Of a DNA stretch of 64,000 nucleotides, positions 11,851-22,282 are shown piece by piece. Numbering within the stretch: the stretch's first letter is position 1; every line of letters starts with the position of its first letter. The position numbers and the translations under genes are program-made. The notes beneath the pieces were generated by a model. The model was not told the origin of the DNA. It searched no databases and saw only the letters and a program-made list of their open reading frames with translations. This DNA is from Nitrospirota bacterium (GTDB taxonomy: Bacteria; Nitrospirota; UBA9217). The stretch lies in assembly GCA_963737155.1 (NCBI GenBank), contig CAVTRN010000001.1, positions 1,024,001 through 1,088,000 of the forward strand, written 5' to 3'.

Positions 11851-11873
11851 TTGTCATCTCTACCGATTGCAAT

Positions 11874-11910
11874 TGAGAATGATTATAATTTAAATAATAT
11901 TATTTGTCAA
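11874..11910 (-). promoter_or_regulatory. Consensus sigma70 promoter overlapped by a PerR/Fur box
   Basis: Minus strand TTGACA (11910-11905)-N17-TATAAT (11887-11882). TGAGAATGATTATAA (11874-11888) resembles TTATAATNATTATAA. Confidence 0.8.
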
Positions 11911-12113
11911 TAATTATTATTGTTTATAATTACAATAAATTTCCAGGTGATTATACAATATAATATCTTACCTGCTTCTGCCTTTTTAAATAAACAACAT
12001 GACTATAAATATTATTATATGATTTTTTATTCGAATGTATCAAGTATCTTACAATTCATTGAAAATCTTAGCAGTAAAATCATAGAATGGAGAATACTTT
12101 ATCTGCTGAAATA

Positions 12114-12149
12114 TGCACAAAAAACAAACAGGTGCCTAAAATATAAGCT
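12114..12149 (+). promoter_or_regulatory. Tandem EBP (NtrC-like) site
   Basis: TGCACAAAAAACAAACA-gg-TGCCTAAAATATAAGCT, starting 130 bp before the -24 GG. Confidence 0.6.
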
Positions 12150-12242
12150 TAAAGAACGACCTATTATGAAATTACGCAATAATATTTCCTCTGATAACTT
12201 AATGAAATCAGTTCTTTTTTTAAGCTATTCCCAGAAAATTAG

Positions 12243-12258
12243 TGGCATAGGCCTTGCT
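12243..12258 (+). promoter_or_regulatory. sigma54 promoter with no recognisable downstream gene
   Basis: TGGCATAGGCCTTGCT. Confidence 0.75.
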
Positions 12259-12339
12259 ACTCAACAGTGTAATCAATTAATAAGGCATAAAACGTACTTA
12301 AAGAAGAATTCAAAGGAGATTGGAGCGCTCTTCGGCAAC

Positions 12340-12405
12340 ATGAAGCAGTTCGCCATCCGGGCAGGAGCCGTTGTGCTTGTCGCTCTCTTTACTCATTCAT
12401 CGTAG
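12340..12405 (+). other. Candidate 21-aa small ORF or signal-peptide remnant (MKQFAIRAGAVVLVALFTHSS)
   Basis: First ATG ORF downstream of the sigma54 promoter. GGAG motifs lie 14-21 nt upstream. Confidence 0.3.
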
Positions 12406-12611
12406 GTGTTGTTATGCTGAAGGTGCTTAATGCTACGTAGGGAGTGCGCGTCTAGGCGGAAAATGAGACGAAGGCTCTCGGCATCAGCCATCACGGCGAA
12501 GTAGGATGCGTAACGTCGCCGCCAAAAGCATCGTGGTGAAGGCATCATTCAAGATTTAACGTGATAATCAATCCCAACAGCATGCAGACGACGGGGAGTC
12601 TCATGAGTGCA

Positions 12612-13490
12612 TCAAAATCTGTCTGGATTTTTTTTTATTTGGACAAGATATACGCCCAGGAGTATGGCAGTCCCGCCGCCAACCTGGGACAACGTGATTT
12701 CTTCGCCCAAAAAAGTGGCGAACAGTACGGCAGCGAAGGGTATGAGATAGTGGTATGCCATAGTGCGGGTGACTCCTAGCTCCTTTACCCCCTGATACCA
12801 GAACACATAAGCGATTCCGGCGGCGATGAATGACGCAAAAACGAGGGATGACCAGGAAAGCAGGGACACGCCGGACCACGACTGATTCAAAAGGCCCGGG
12901 ACGCTGACGGGAAGGAGCAGTAGGCTGCCCGCGAACATGCTGTAGGCTGTGACTTTTAAAGCGGAGTATTTTTCGAGAAGAGGCTTTGCCGTTATGGTGA
13001 AGAGCGCCCAGATTAGCGTTGCGCAGAGGGTCAGGAAATCGCCTGCCATGTGGGATGAGGAAAAACTCGGTTCTCCATGGTTGCTTCTGATGATAAGAAA
13101 AACACCGAATGAGGCAAGTGCTAATCCCGTGCTTATTAGAAGAGTAAGGCGCTCTTTTCCCCAGAAGGCTTGGATCAGCGCAGCGAACAACGGTGACAAT
13201 GAGATGAGTAGGGCCGAATTCGCCGCTGTCGTGTATCGGAGACCGTACATGAAAAATATATTGTACAGTGTGATACCCAGAAGGCCGAGTTTGATGATGG
13301 CAAAGCGGTCCCGGCGATCGATCGAATAAGATTCATGCTTGGCGGCCATGACGGCGATGAGGAAAAGCGAGGCCAGCGCGAACCGGATCACGGCAAAACT
13401 GAGGGGATGGAAATCCGCGAGCGCATATTTGACTAAGGAAAAGTTTATGCCCCAAGCAGTGGCAACGAATAAAAGACGAAGATTAAACAT
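12612..13490 (-). CDS. DMT/EamA family transporter
   Basis: WGINF, RF, GLRYTTAANSA, W..GV..LG and about 10 TM segments. Confidence 0.9.
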   Translation of the reverse strand: MFNLRLLFVATAWGINFSLVKYALADFHPLSFAVIRFALASLFLIAVMAAKHESYSIDRRDRFAIIKLGLLGITLYNIFFMYGLRYTTAANSALLISLSPLFAALIQAFWGKERLTLLISTGLALASFGVFLIIRSNHGEPSFSSSHMAGDFLTLCATLIWALFTITAKPLLEKYSALKVTAYSMFAGSLLLLPVSVPGLLNQSWSGVSLLSWSSLVFASFIAAGIAYVFWYQGVKELGVTRTMAYHYLIPFAAVLFATFLGEEITLSQVGGGTAILLGVYLVQIKKNPDRF

Positions 13491-13637
13491 GGTGGTTATG
13501 AGTGCATGGAGTATGAGGAAGAGAGCATGGAACAAAAAAGTGGATTTTAGTCTGCTCGATGCCCTCAGCTACTTTTCGTATTCGCACTATACAGGAAATA
13601 GCTTGAATACTCAAATTTATTGTGTTATCAATGAGGA

Positions 13638-14750
13638 ATGGAACAATCGAGCAGTCGTATAAATGATATAGCAGCCGACATTCTTACCGCGATTATCGAT
13701 GGGTTCGTCGTGGCTGATGCGGATGGCCGGGTGCTTATCTGGAACAGGGCTGCCGAGGAAATGACTGGGATAGCGGGACCCGATGCGGTGGGCAGGAGCA
13801 TCCATTCTGTCTTTGCCGAAAACCAGCCCGTGATTAGCCAGCTCGAAAAAACCATAACCTCGGGTAGGTCCTATTCTGATTATGAAGCAGAGCTTTCGGT
13901 GAAGCACGGACCGCAGCGTCCCGTGGGACTGATAACGAGTTTACTGACTGATGACGAAGGTCGACCCACAGGCCTGATTCTTACAATCCGTGATCAGGCG
14001 GGCGTCCGTGATTTGAAGGAGCGCATGCGCAGATCGGATCGGCTGGCCACGCTCGGTATGATCGCCGCCGGGATCGCCCATGAAGTGAAAAACCCCCTTG
14101 TGGGGATACGTGGTGCGGCGCAACTTATGAAGTCCGAACTCCGAAATGCCCCTGAGCCGGGCACAGGCAAGAGTTTGACGGAATATCTCGATGTGATCTT
14201 GAAGGAAGCTGACCGTCTGAACAATGTGCTGGAGGGTATCCTCGACTTTACGCGCATCAAGCCCCGCGAGATGAAGGCCTCGAATATTCACAGCATCCTG
14301 GACCGGGTGTTGATTTTGAATGAGGAGAGCGCTCGACAGCGCGGTGTCATTCTTACGAGACTCTACGACCCGAGCCTGCCCGACGTTTACGGCAGCGAGG
14401 ACCAGCTTATCCAGGTTTTTCTTAATATCATTAAGAACGCCATTGAGGCAATGCCCCGGGGCGGGAAGCTTAAGGTTATGACACGCATGTCCGACCTGTT
14501 CACAACCGTGCAGGCCGATGGTAGAAAATACCAGCTCATGGTCGCGAAGGTGAGCGATACTGGCCCGGGGATAAAGCAGGAGCATTTGCAGGACATATTC
14601 ACGCCATTCTTTACGACCAAGGACCGTGGCGTGGGGCTTGGGTTAGCGCTTTCGTATCAGATCGTGCAAGAACACCTCGGTACGATCCGCGTGGAGAGCC
14701 GGGAACACGAGGGAACGACGTTCAGCGTTTATTTGCCGCTCGCGGGATAA
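13638..14750 (+). CDS. ntrB: PAS-domain histidine kinase, NtrB-like
   Basis: PAS domain, AHEVKNPL H-box, YDPSLP, QVFLNIIKNA, DTGPGI, FTPFFTTK, GxGLGL. Confidence 0.9.
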   Translation: MEQSSSRINDIAADILTAIIDGFVVADADGRVLIWNRAAEEMTGIAGPDAVGRSIHSVFAENQPVISQLEKTITSGRSYSDYEAELSVKHGPQRPVGLITSLLTDDEGRPTGLILTIRDQAGVRDLKERMRRSDRLATLGMIAAGIAHEVKNPLVGIRGAAQLMKSELRNAPEPGTGKSLTEYLDVILKEADRLNNVLEGILDFTRIKPREMKASNIHSILDRVLILNEESARQRGVILTRLYDPSLPDVYGSEDQLIQVFLNIIKNAIEAMPRGGKLKVMTRMSDLFTTVQADGRKYQLMVAKVSDTGPGIKQEHLQDIFTPFFTTKDRGVGLGLALSYQIVQEHLGTIRVESREHEGTTFSVYLPLAG

Positions 14751-14826
14751 TGCGGCGGATGGGGGGCGAAGAGCAGAGGGTGTGGGGCAAGCACTAACTT
14801 CTATTCCCGCTGCCAATTGAATAACA

Positions 14827-16284
14827 ATGACTAATGAAAAAATACTTATAGTGGATGACGACGAAAGCGTACGCTGGGTGCTGAAGAAGTCCCTTGAAAA
14901 AGAGGGCATCCAGGCTTTGCTCGCGAAAGACGGAACCGAGGCACTTGAACGGCTCAAAGAGGGCGACATTGCAGTCGTCCTTATGGACATCCGCATGCCT
15001 GGCATAAGCGGGTTAGACGTCCTCGATAAAATCCAGTCCGAAGAACGCGACAGCTCGGTCATCATTATGACCGCCCAAGCCACGATGCAGAATGCCATCG
15101 AGGCCATGCGGCGCGGTGCCTTTGAGTATATCACTAAGCCTTTCGACCTTGACGAGGTAAACATTCTCGTCAGAAAGGCGATCGATGTTAGACGACTTTC
15201 CCAGGAAGTGACGGCGCTTCGCGCCGAGGTGCGGGAAAAATACGAAGGCGGCCTTGTGGGAAACACGGCCGCAATGCAGGAAATCTACAAAACAATCGGA
15301 CGAGTCGCAGAGAGCGATGCCACGGTTTTGATCCATGGGGAGAGCGGCACTGGCAAGGAGCTGGTAGCCCGCGCCATCCATTACCACAGTAAACGGGCTG
15401 GAAGGCCCTTTGTCGCGGTCAACTCTGCGGCAATACCGTCAGAGCTGCTGGAGAGCGAGCTTTTCGGGCATGAGAAGGGTTCTTTTACCGGAGCGATTGG
15501 ACGGAAGATCGGCAAGTTCGAAGCCGCTGCTGGCGGTACCCTCTTTTTGGACGAGATCGGGGATATGAACCTGCCGCTCCAGGGGAAACTGCTGCGTGTG
15601 CTGCAGGAACGAGAATTCGAACGCGTGGGCGGCACTGAGGCGATCAAGACCGACGTGCGGGTCCTCGCCGCCACGCACCACAACCTCGAGAAGATGGTGC
15701 GTGAAAAGCAGTTCCGCGAGGATCTGTTCTACCGCCTGAACGTAATTCAGATCAATATCCCGTCGCTCCGGAAGCGAAAGGACGATATTGTCCCCCTTGC
15801 CGAATTTTTCATGCAGAAATACCAAGCCAGCGACGCGAAGAAAAAAATCCTGACGCCGGAGACACTTAAGGTCCTCCGTGCTTACGATTGGCCGGGCAAT
15901 GTGCGGGAGCTGGAAAACGCGGTGCAGCGCGCCATTACGCTGTCACAGGGCGACAAAATATTTCCCGATGCCTTGCCACCGCAAATCTTCAAGCCGGGGC
16001 AGGGCGCCCATCTTTCTTTCGAGAACTTCCTCGAAGAAAAGCTTGCGGACCTTGTTGAGCGCATGGGCGGGCTCGAACGGGGGGATATTTATACTATGGT
16101 GCTCCAGCGCGTGGAAAAGCCGCTCATCACTCTGGTTCTCAAGAAAACTGAAGGGAACCAGGTCCGCGCCGCTAATCTTCTCGGCATCAATCGGAACACA
16201 CTAAGAAAGAAAATCAAAGAACTGTCTATCAAGGGACCGTTTAGCGGAGAGGGAGAAAAGCCGGAAGAGGACGATGAAGAGTAA
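14827..16284 (+). CDS. ntrC: sigma54-dependent response regulator, NtrC-like
   Basis: Receiver domain (DDD, DIRMP, KPFD), GESGTGKE, GSFTGA, FLDEIG, WPGNVRELEN and a Fis HTH (LGINRNTLRKK). Confidence 0.92.
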   Translation: MTNEKILIVDDDESVRWVLKKSLEKEGIQALLAKDGTEALERLKEGDIAVVLMDIRMPGISGLDVLDKIQSEERDSSVIIMTAQATMQNAIEAMRRGAFEYITKPFDLDEVNILVRKAIDVRRLSQEVTALRAEVREKYEGGLVGNTAAMQEIYKTIGRVAESDATVLIHGESGTGKELVARAIHYHSKRAGRPFVAVNSAAIPSELLESELFGHEKGSFTGAIGRKIGKFEAAAGGTLFLDEIGDMNLPLQGKLLRVLQEREFERVGGTEAIKTDVRVLAATHHNLEKMVREKQFREDLFYRLNVIQINIPSLRKRKDDIVPLAEFFMQKYQASDAKKKILTPETLKVLRAYDWPGNVRELENAVQRAITLSQGDKIFPDALPPQIFKPGQGAHLSFENFLEEKLADLVERMGGLERGDIYTMVLQRVEKPLITLVLKKTEGNQVRAANLLGINRNTLRKKIKELSIKGPFSGEGEKPEEDDEE

Positions 16285-16439
16285 CTCTTGCTGCTTTCCT
16301 CGCCTTACTTGCTTCTATCAAACATATACCGTGACTCTAGATCCAGTATTTAATGCTTCACCCATACCCCGTCACCATGCGTGGCCGAGACTTTTTATAA
16401 GGCTGCTCTCCAAAGACAAGTTTGTCCATCGAAAGAGAA

Positions 16440-16868
16440 CTAAAAGACATCTGTTATGGAAAATGTTCCCATTAGTCCGTTCGACTCCCTGCCATTGCTG
16501 TCCTTTACCGAAGTGAGGAATGTGTAAACTCCTTTTTTCTCCGTGCTGCAATCGATTCCGAAGGCTAGGGTGTCCGATGTCCGCAATGCTGTATCGGTCA
16601 GGGGGACCGTTTCCTCAGCTATCTGTTTGCCTTGAGCATCATACACCACCGTTTTGACCGATGCTGTTTCCCCCTGCGGGTGGATTATGTTGAATGTGCC
16701 CGTGATAGTAAAAACGCCTTTTTCTTCCATTGGAGCCCGCAATGTGGCATAGGTCAGATTTGCGATTTTCGGCCCCTCATCCATCCGGCCTGAACAGCCA
16801 CTCAGTCCGGCAAGTCCGAACCATCCCACGAGCATTATTAGTTGGAAAGTTTTTTTAATTTTTCTCAT
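16440..16868 (-). CDS. Hypothetical lipoprotein
   Basis: Basic N-terminus, hydrophobic core and LSGC lipobox. Beta-rich body. Confidence 0.7.
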   Translation of the reverse strand: MRKIKKTFQLIMLVGWFGLAGLSGCSGRMDEGPKIANLTYATLRAPMEEKGVFTITGTFNIIHPQGETASVKTVVYDAQGKQIAEETVPLTDTALRTSDTLAFGIDCSTEKKGVYTFLTSVKDSNGRESNGLMGTFSITDVF

Positions 16869-17007
16869 GACGAAGCACTCCTTCTCTTCACGATAAAAGC
16901 AATTATTCCAGTCTCTCATTCAAGCCTATCACCTCGGGAAATGTTGTCAAGATAACTGGTCAGGGCTGCAGCGAAGAGTTATACGAAAAAAGTTCGACTT
17001 AAGCCGT

Positions 17008-17631
17008 TTATGTCAGTGATTTGACCTTCATCTCCACCGGCTGTTTTTTTGGTCCACTGCTGATTCTAGCGGGACGCCCGACGGGCACCACTGCCATGAA
17101 CTCTCCTTTAGGCTCGCCGAGAAAGCGGAGCACTTCATCCTTAATGAGATAAAGAACGCCGAGCCAGACCGTGCCGAGACCGAGTGAAGTTGCGGCCAGC
17201 AGCATGTTCTCGACAGCCGCTGCCGAACTCTGGATTTCCATGGTCCGGAAGAAGTCGTGGGCTGTCTCTTGATCAACCTTGAAAAGCTCCGTACCGTGTC
17301 TGATAAGATCTCCCGTGTTCGTAACAGCGATGACGACTGGCGCGGAGACGATGCTCTTTGCCCCCATCCTGAGAAGGGCTGCAGCGGGCCGGGGAAAGGC
17401 TACAGACTTGGCGGTTACGAGCTGCGCAAGTCCCTGCTTTCTCTCTTCGCGAAGAATGATGAAGCGCCATGACTGCTGGTTATGGGCCGAAGGTGCGGCG
17501 TTGGCAGCGTGGAGGAGAATACTGACCTCCTCATCGCTCACTTCGACCGCGAGAAATGTCCTGACGCTGTGGCGCTCATAGATGTTCTTCAGGGTTTCAT
17601 TGTGAATAACGCTAGATTCATTCGTCTTCAT
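17008..17631 (-). CDS. Nitroreductase family protein
   Basis: RHSVRxF, APSAHNQQSW, ENMLLAATSLGLGTVW. Confidence 0.92.
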   Translation of the reverse strand: MKTNESSVIHNETLKNIYERHSVRTFLAVEVSDEEVSILLHAANAAPSAHNQQSWRFIILREERKQGLAQLVTAKSVAFPRPAAALLRMGAKSIVSAPVVIAVTNTGDLIRHGTELFKVDQETAHDFFRTMEIQSSAAAVENMLLAATSLGLGTVWLGVLYLIKDEVLRFLGEPKGEFMAVVPVGRPARISSGPKKQPVEMKVKSLT

Positions 17632-18545
17632 GATTGTTCTCCTTTGAGCTGCACATCGCTGCTGTTTTCGTGAACATATCAGAGGGTATCGGCGAAGTCA
17701 AGCACGTCTGCCGCAACCACGGAAAGGAGGAATAGGCGAAAGATATAAGGTGTAAGAAGAATCCGCCAAGATGGAATGCCTAAACGCCAGCAGGAGGATT
17801 CAGGCAGGTCGCGATGAAAAATCACTGTTTCGATCTCTCTTTGTATCTTTGACACATTCACGTTAATCGTATTAAACATTGTAATTTTTTCTCTTATGAG
17901 AATATTCGCTTTTTTCAATGATCAATAGGAGAGGCCGAATCAGTTATTCTCCATTTATCCATGTTAAGGTTTAGGGATGCCTCGGCAAAATATAGTTGCA
18001 AGAGTTTCTGAGGATAGCCAAGTTTGTGCTAAGTTTATCCCGACAGTTGCATTGGCAGCATGAAGAAGGCGATGAGAAATGAAGATAATATTGCCACTTT
18101 TGACGACAACGGTATTTGTCATTGCTGTTGCTTAGCCTATGATGCTGAGCGTGTGATCTTGAGTATGGACTTGAACGAAAGGTAGTATAATGGTGCTAGG
18201 ACTTTCGATATCCTAGATACACCGTGCGACTATGCGGAGAACTTGATCTTGAAGAATCATATGCAGAAGGGTCAGCGCAGGGAAATTAGTTGGCGGCGCT
18301 AAAGCAATGAAGGAGTCATGGTTATTTATGCCGGTGTTGCAACGATATGTACTACATATATGGCTGCGAAAAAGTCCACTGAAGAGTTGGAATGGTATTC
18401 CGTCTTTTGGTGGTGATCTGGAGATGGCACCTACAATTTATCGTCAAAGATCACAAGAACACTTATGGCAAGTGGACGGTAAGCGGCAATAACTTTTCAG
18501 CAGACTAGGTACGCATATTGCTTTTTTATCTCTACCTTCTGTTCC

Positions 18546-19946
18546 ATGTTCATCAAAGCCGATGTTCCTGCTATAATAAAGATGGAATCAGGAATATTCC
18601 AGCGCACGCAAAACGAGGGGTCTTTGTCTATCCTGAATGAAGCATTGCACCGCGACCTTCCACTGATCCAGGAAGCAGACCTGGATGGAAAGGTTGTGCT
18701 TATCCGGTTCGATCATAACGTTGTGAAGAACGGCGTCATTCGCGACCCCTTCCGCATCGACCGGACCATCGGAACGCTTTTTCATGTCGTTGAGCGGGGC
18801 GGCAGGCCTGTGATGATGACCCACATAGGCAGGCCTAAAGATAAAAAAAGCGGAGCTATAACCTGTAGACCCGAGGAATCCGTTGAGCCGGTTGTGCGCT
18901 ACATCGAGCAGAAACTCCATACGAAATTGTATATTCCAGATTTTCCACAGGAGCCCGGCCGCGGTATTGTCGGGATTGACACGTCCATCAACCTTGCTGT
19001 TAGGGACCTAAGAGAGCGGAAGATCGGAGGTATCTACCTTCCAAATACTCGCTGGTTCCAGGGCGAGGAGGCTGAGGACGGGCTTCGGGAACGCTTCGCT
19101 CTCCAGCTTGCTGGTCTGGCTGATATTTATGTGAATGACGCATTCGGTTCCTGGCAGCCACACGCATCGACATACAACATAACGAGGCATCTTTCCTCCT
19201 ACGCAGGATACTTGCTTCAGCAGGAGATTACGCACTTGGATGGAGTGATGAAGCCCGGGCGGCCTTTCCTTGCTGTGGTCGCTGGCTCAAAATACGATAC
19301 CAAAATCAAACCCCTCAATGCCCTCTATGACAAGGTAGACCGCCTGATTCTCGGCGGCGTTATTTACAATACGTACCTCTGCGCCAAGTATCAGATACGA
19401 ATAAAAGGCGTGACCGACGAGGATAGAGTGCTCGCGCAGGAGCTCGTTGAGAAAGACCGTCTCACCAAGAAGATTGTCGAGCTTCCTCTCATCGTGGAAT
19501 CGGACATCGCAGACAAGCGGGTCGAAGGGAAATACCGGACAATTTCCACCAGGGACTTCAAACCCGGCGGCTTCTACGGATATGTCCTCGACATCGACCC
19601 ACGGTCATTTGAGGAAAGAAGCGTTGCGGAGGCCATTAATTCAGCAAAAACCATCTTTGTCAATGCCGTCATGGGATATACGCCTTACTTTTCCGCCGGT
19701 TCGCAGGCACTCGACAATACGATCGACCGGAATCGCGATGCCATGAAAATGTACGGCGGCGGAGATACTCTTCAGGAATTTAAAAACCTTCTGCCGGGTC
19801 TTTATCTTTCCGTCATGGACGATGCGAGCTACTATTTCTTCACTGGCGGTGGAACAGTGCTCACCGCGATCGAGCGTGGCAGTCCCTATGGTCTTGAACC
19901 CATAGAAGCATTGATGGATGCGAAGAAAAAAAAGCCGGAACGATAG
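18546..19946 (+). CDS. pgk: Phosphoglycerate kinase, divergent type (start may be 18582 or 18624)
   Basis: RFDHNV, HIGRP, VNDAFG, GGGDT, TGGG. Confidence 0.85.
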   Translation: MFIKADVPAIIKMESGIFQRTQNEGSLSILNEALHRDLPLIQEADLDGKVVLIRFDHNVVKNGVIRDPFRIDRTIGTLFHVVERGGRPVMMTHIGRPKDKKSGAITCRPEESVEPVVRYIEQKLHTKLYIPDFPQEPGRGIVGIDTSINLAVRDLRERKIGGIYLPNTRWFQGEEAEDGLRERFALQLAGLADIYVNDAFGSWQPHASTYNITRHLSSYAGYLLQQEITHLDGVMKPGRPFLAVVAGSKYDTKIKPLNALYDKVDRLILGGVIYNTYLCAKYQIRIKGVTDEDRVLAQELVEKDRLTKKIVELPLIVESDIADKRVEGKYRTISTRDFKPGGFYGYVLDIDPRSFEERSVAEAINSAKTIFVNAVMGYTPYFSAGSQALDNTIDRNRDAMKMYGGGDTLQEFKNLLPGLYLSVMDDASYYFFTGGGTVLTAIERGSPYGLEPIEALMDAKKKKPER

Positions 19947-20242
19947 GACAAGACTATGCCAGTCTATAACAGTCTTGCACCGGAAGGATAGGCGGCATAA
20001 TAATTTCAAGCAGAAGAACCTGTAATAAAGAATGAGCGGCTGTTCAATGCTGATGTTAGTCTCAGCCGTTCGATGTACTCTGTATTAGATCTACTTCGTT
20101 TATTACTATCAAACCTCTACGCATGAGCGAAAGATCCTATTCTCTTCTTCATTGATGCGCTCTTCCTATTTCGAAACCAGAAATGGCAAATCAAGCGACT
20201 CCGGTTTGGATACCGCAGCCGCTCTCAAAGCAGGATGATGGT

Positions 20243-22162
20243 TTACGTTGAACGGGCATTCGCGTTTTCGACCATAAGCTTCGCCATTGACTTTGCAAAA
20301 GCAGTGGGCTCCTTGACCTTGGAGCCCTCGAGCAGAAGTGCCTGGTTATACAGAAGGTCGATATATTCCTTCAGGAGCTCGTCTTGCCCGCCCTTGTCGA
20401 TGAGGTTGTTCATAGCCATGAAAACCTGGTGCGCCGCGTTGATTTCCAAGATTCTTTTGTCAGACGGCACTTCCTGCCCCATGGACTTGAGCAGCGTCTC
20501 CATTTGCGGATCGAGCCCGCCCTCGTCGGCAACGAGGCAGCAGGCTGAGTCCGTGAGCCTGCCGGACAGGCGAACGTCCTTGACCTCGTTTTTCAGCTGC
20601 TCTTTTATCATATTGAGCAACTTTCCGAATTTCTCCTTCGATTTTTCCTTTTCCGTGCCGCTGGACGTTTCGAGACTGATGTCACCCTTGATGACCGATT
20701 TAATCTTCTTACCCTTGTATTCCTTCAGGGACGACAGGATGATGTCGTCGATGTCATCGGTCATGACCATGACTTCATAGCCCTTTTCGCGGAACGCTTC
20801 CAGGTACGGCGACTGCAGGATATTCTCGTCGGGCCTGCCAGTGATGTAATAGATCTCGCCCTGAGCAATCGGCATGTTCTGCACGTAATCCTCAAACGTC
20901 GTAAACTTGCCTGCCTCTGTTTTGGTCGAAGGGAACAGCATGAGATCGGCTATCTGCTCTTTCCGTGAAAAATCGAAGTGGATGCCTTCTTTGAGCACCC
21001 TGCCAAACTCTTTGTAAAACGAGACATATGAGTCAAAAGCGCTTTTCTTCATGTCCGACAGTGTGTCAAGTACTTTTTTGGTGATATTTTTCTTGATAAC
21101 CTCAACATGCCTGTTGGACTGTAGGATTTCCCGGGATACGTTCAACGGCAGGTCTGACGAGTCGACCACGCCCTTGATGAAGCGCAGGTACTCTGGGATG
21201 AGTTGTTCGCAGTGATCCATGATCTGGACCCGCTTGACGTACAGTGTGAGACCGAGCTTGTAGTCGCGATATAGGATTCCATAGGGCGCCTTTGCCGGGA
21301 TGTAGAGTAGCGCGGTGAATTCCGACGTGCCTTCTGCGCGATAATGTATGATTTTCGCAGGATCGCCGAAGTCGTGGGATATATGCCGGTAGAACTCGTT
21401 GTACTCATCGGCCTTGACCTCCGAGGAGTCTCTGAGCCAGATGGCCTTACCAGAATTCATCTTTTCTTCTTCGATGACTTTAATCTTTTTGTCCTTTTCG
21501 AGCGGGTTATCTTTTTCCCGTTCAACGTCAATCATAACAGGATGCTCGATGTAATCGGAGTATTTCCTGATGATCGATTTTATTTCCCACTCGTTTAGAT
21601 AATTATTGTCCTCGGCCTTAAGGTGGAGGATGACGTCGGAACCGGCACGCTCTTTTTCGGTCTCTTCGATGGTAAAGGTACCGTCTGCGCTCGATTCCCA
21701 TTTAACCGCTTTTTTTGTCGCTTCCGTCGCTTTTCTTGTTACGACCGTGACCTTGTCGGACACCATGAAGGATGAATAGAACCCCACGCCGAACTGACCG
21801 ATGAGTTCCGGCTTGTCCTTCAGCTCCTTGCTTTGCAGTGCGAGCAGGAATTCCTTGGTGCCTGAATGGGCTATGGTCCCAAGTTCGGTGACGACTTCAT
21901 CATGGGTCATTCCAATCCCATTGTCGCTCACTGTCAGCGTGCCAGCCGCCTTGTCGACAATAATTTTTATTTTCCATTCGCCGGTGTTATCGAGGATATC
22001 CTTGTTCGTGAGCGATTCAAACCTTGCCTTGTCTATGGCATCGGAGGCATTGGAAATGAGTTCCCGTAAAAAAATCTCCTTGTGGGAGTAGAGGGAGTGA
22101 ATCATCAGGTTCAAAAGTTCTTTTACTTCGGTCTTAAATTCCTTCTTTTCCACAGTAGTCAT
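20243..22162 (-). CDS. htpG: Chaperone HtpG (Hsp90)
   Basis: YSHKEIFLRELISNASDA, DNGIGM, IGQFGVGFYS, DLPLNVSRE. Confidence 0.98.
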   Translation of the reverse strand: MTTVEKKEFKTEVKELLNLMIHSLYSHKEIFLRELISNASDAIDKARFESLTNKDILDNTGEWKIKIIVDKAAGTLTVSDNGIGMTHDEVVTELGTIAHSGTKEFLLALQSKELKDKPELIGQFGVGFYSSFMVSDKVTVVTRKATEATKKAVKWESSADGTFTIEETEKERAGSDVILHLKAEDNNYLNEWEIKSIIRKYSDYIEHPVMIDVEREKDNPLEKDKKIKVIEEEKMNSGKAIWLRDSSEVKADEYNEFYRHISHDFGDPAKIIHYRAEGTSEFTALLYIPAKAPYGILYRDYKLGLTLYVKRVQIMDHCEQLIPEYLRFIKGVVDSSDLPLNVSREILQSNRHVEVIKKNITKKVLDTLSDMKKSAFDSYVSFYKEFGRVLKEGIHFDFSRKEQIADLMLFPSTKTEAGKFTTFEDYVQNMPIAQGEIYYITGRPDENILQSPYLEAFREKGYEVMVMTDDIDDIILSSLKEYKGKKIKSVIKGDISLETSSGTEKEKSKEKFGKLLNMIKEQLKNEVKDVRLSGRLTDSACCLVADEGGLDPQMETLLKSMGQEVPSDKRILEINAAHQVFMAMNNLIDKGGQDELLKEYIDLLYNQALLLEGSKVKEPTAFAKSMAKLMVENANARST

Positions 22163-22252
22163 TGATTCACCTCAATAATAATTGTTCTCGGGGGAATAGA
22201 TACCCATTCGTCTATGGTGGAACCGTAACAGTCGCTGCATAAGACAAAAATA

Positions 22253-22282
22253 TTTATACTGGGAAAACCTATTGCTTGTCAA
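22253..22282 (-). promoter_or_regulatory. Probable sigma70-type promoter of htpG
   Basis: Minus strand TTGACA-N18-TATAAA. Confidence 0.45.

Noticed and set aside
11920-12405. 161-aa ORF
   Set aside because: It runs through an AT-rich promoter region containing the enhancer and sigma54 box. Only the last 21 codons are plausibly translated.
18079-18492. Signal-peptide-like fragment (MKIILPLLTTTVFVIAVA*) and short ORFs upstream of pgk
   Set aside because: It may be a decayed gene, but no family is recognisable and support is insufficient.
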